A DNA stretch of 64,000 bases from Octopus sinensis (taxonomy: Eukaryota). The stretch is from contig NC_043002.1 of assembly GCF_006345805.1 (NCBI RefSeq), positions 91,698,001-91,762,000 on the forward strand, given 5' to 3'. This document shows positions 63,841 through 64,000 of the stretch, in pieces. A program made the position numbers and the translations under genes. Under the pieces are notes generated by a model. It ran no database searches, had not been told where the DNA came from, and saw only the letters and a list, made by a program, of their open reading frames with translations. How positions within the stretch are numbered: the stretch's first letter is position 1; each line of letters opens with the position of its first letter.

Positions 63841-64000
63841 GAGCATGGATAGTTCACTGTAGTGGATATCGTGTCCATAACATTTCACTGTGCCTTGTTA
63901 CGGCGATTCCAAAAAAGGTTAACATCAGTAAACACGTTTATAATTTCAGTACACTTAGGGAGGCTGGTACTAATCAATTCACCAGTAAATGTTCGCTTTG

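Overview
AT-rich eukaryotic genomic DNA, dense in microsatellites and interspersed repeats. The SINE/LINE/Penelope mix suggests a cephalopod such as Octopus; that is an inference. I found no host protein-coding exon that I can support. Nearly all listed ORFs are microsatellite or low-complexity artefacts, or fragments of decayed retroelements: Penelope-like GIY-YIG, L1/Tx1 RT, R4/Dong-like and CRE-like RLE LINEs, and RTE. The standout is 55916-61150, about 8.7 near-identical copies of a ~600-bp non-coding unit arranged as two head-to-head inverted tandem arms (about 4.0 units read on -, about 4.7 on +). The nine motif copies are type I hammerhead ribozymes with an intact core (CUGAAGA / 76-nt rod-like stem II / GAAAC-GUAC-GUC). 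The array sits in the (TA)n tract of a SINE, which it splits in two. This looks like a recently amplified retrozyme or non-autonomous Penelope-type element expected to yield ~600-nt self-cleaved monomers, possibly circular RNAs. The window also holds a decayed Penelope-like element with its own well-formed hammerhead (1451-1560), several degenerate hammerhead relics, a diverged truncated relative of the array unit, and a cluster of foldback inserts between (TA)n tracts at about 53.4-55.4 kb.
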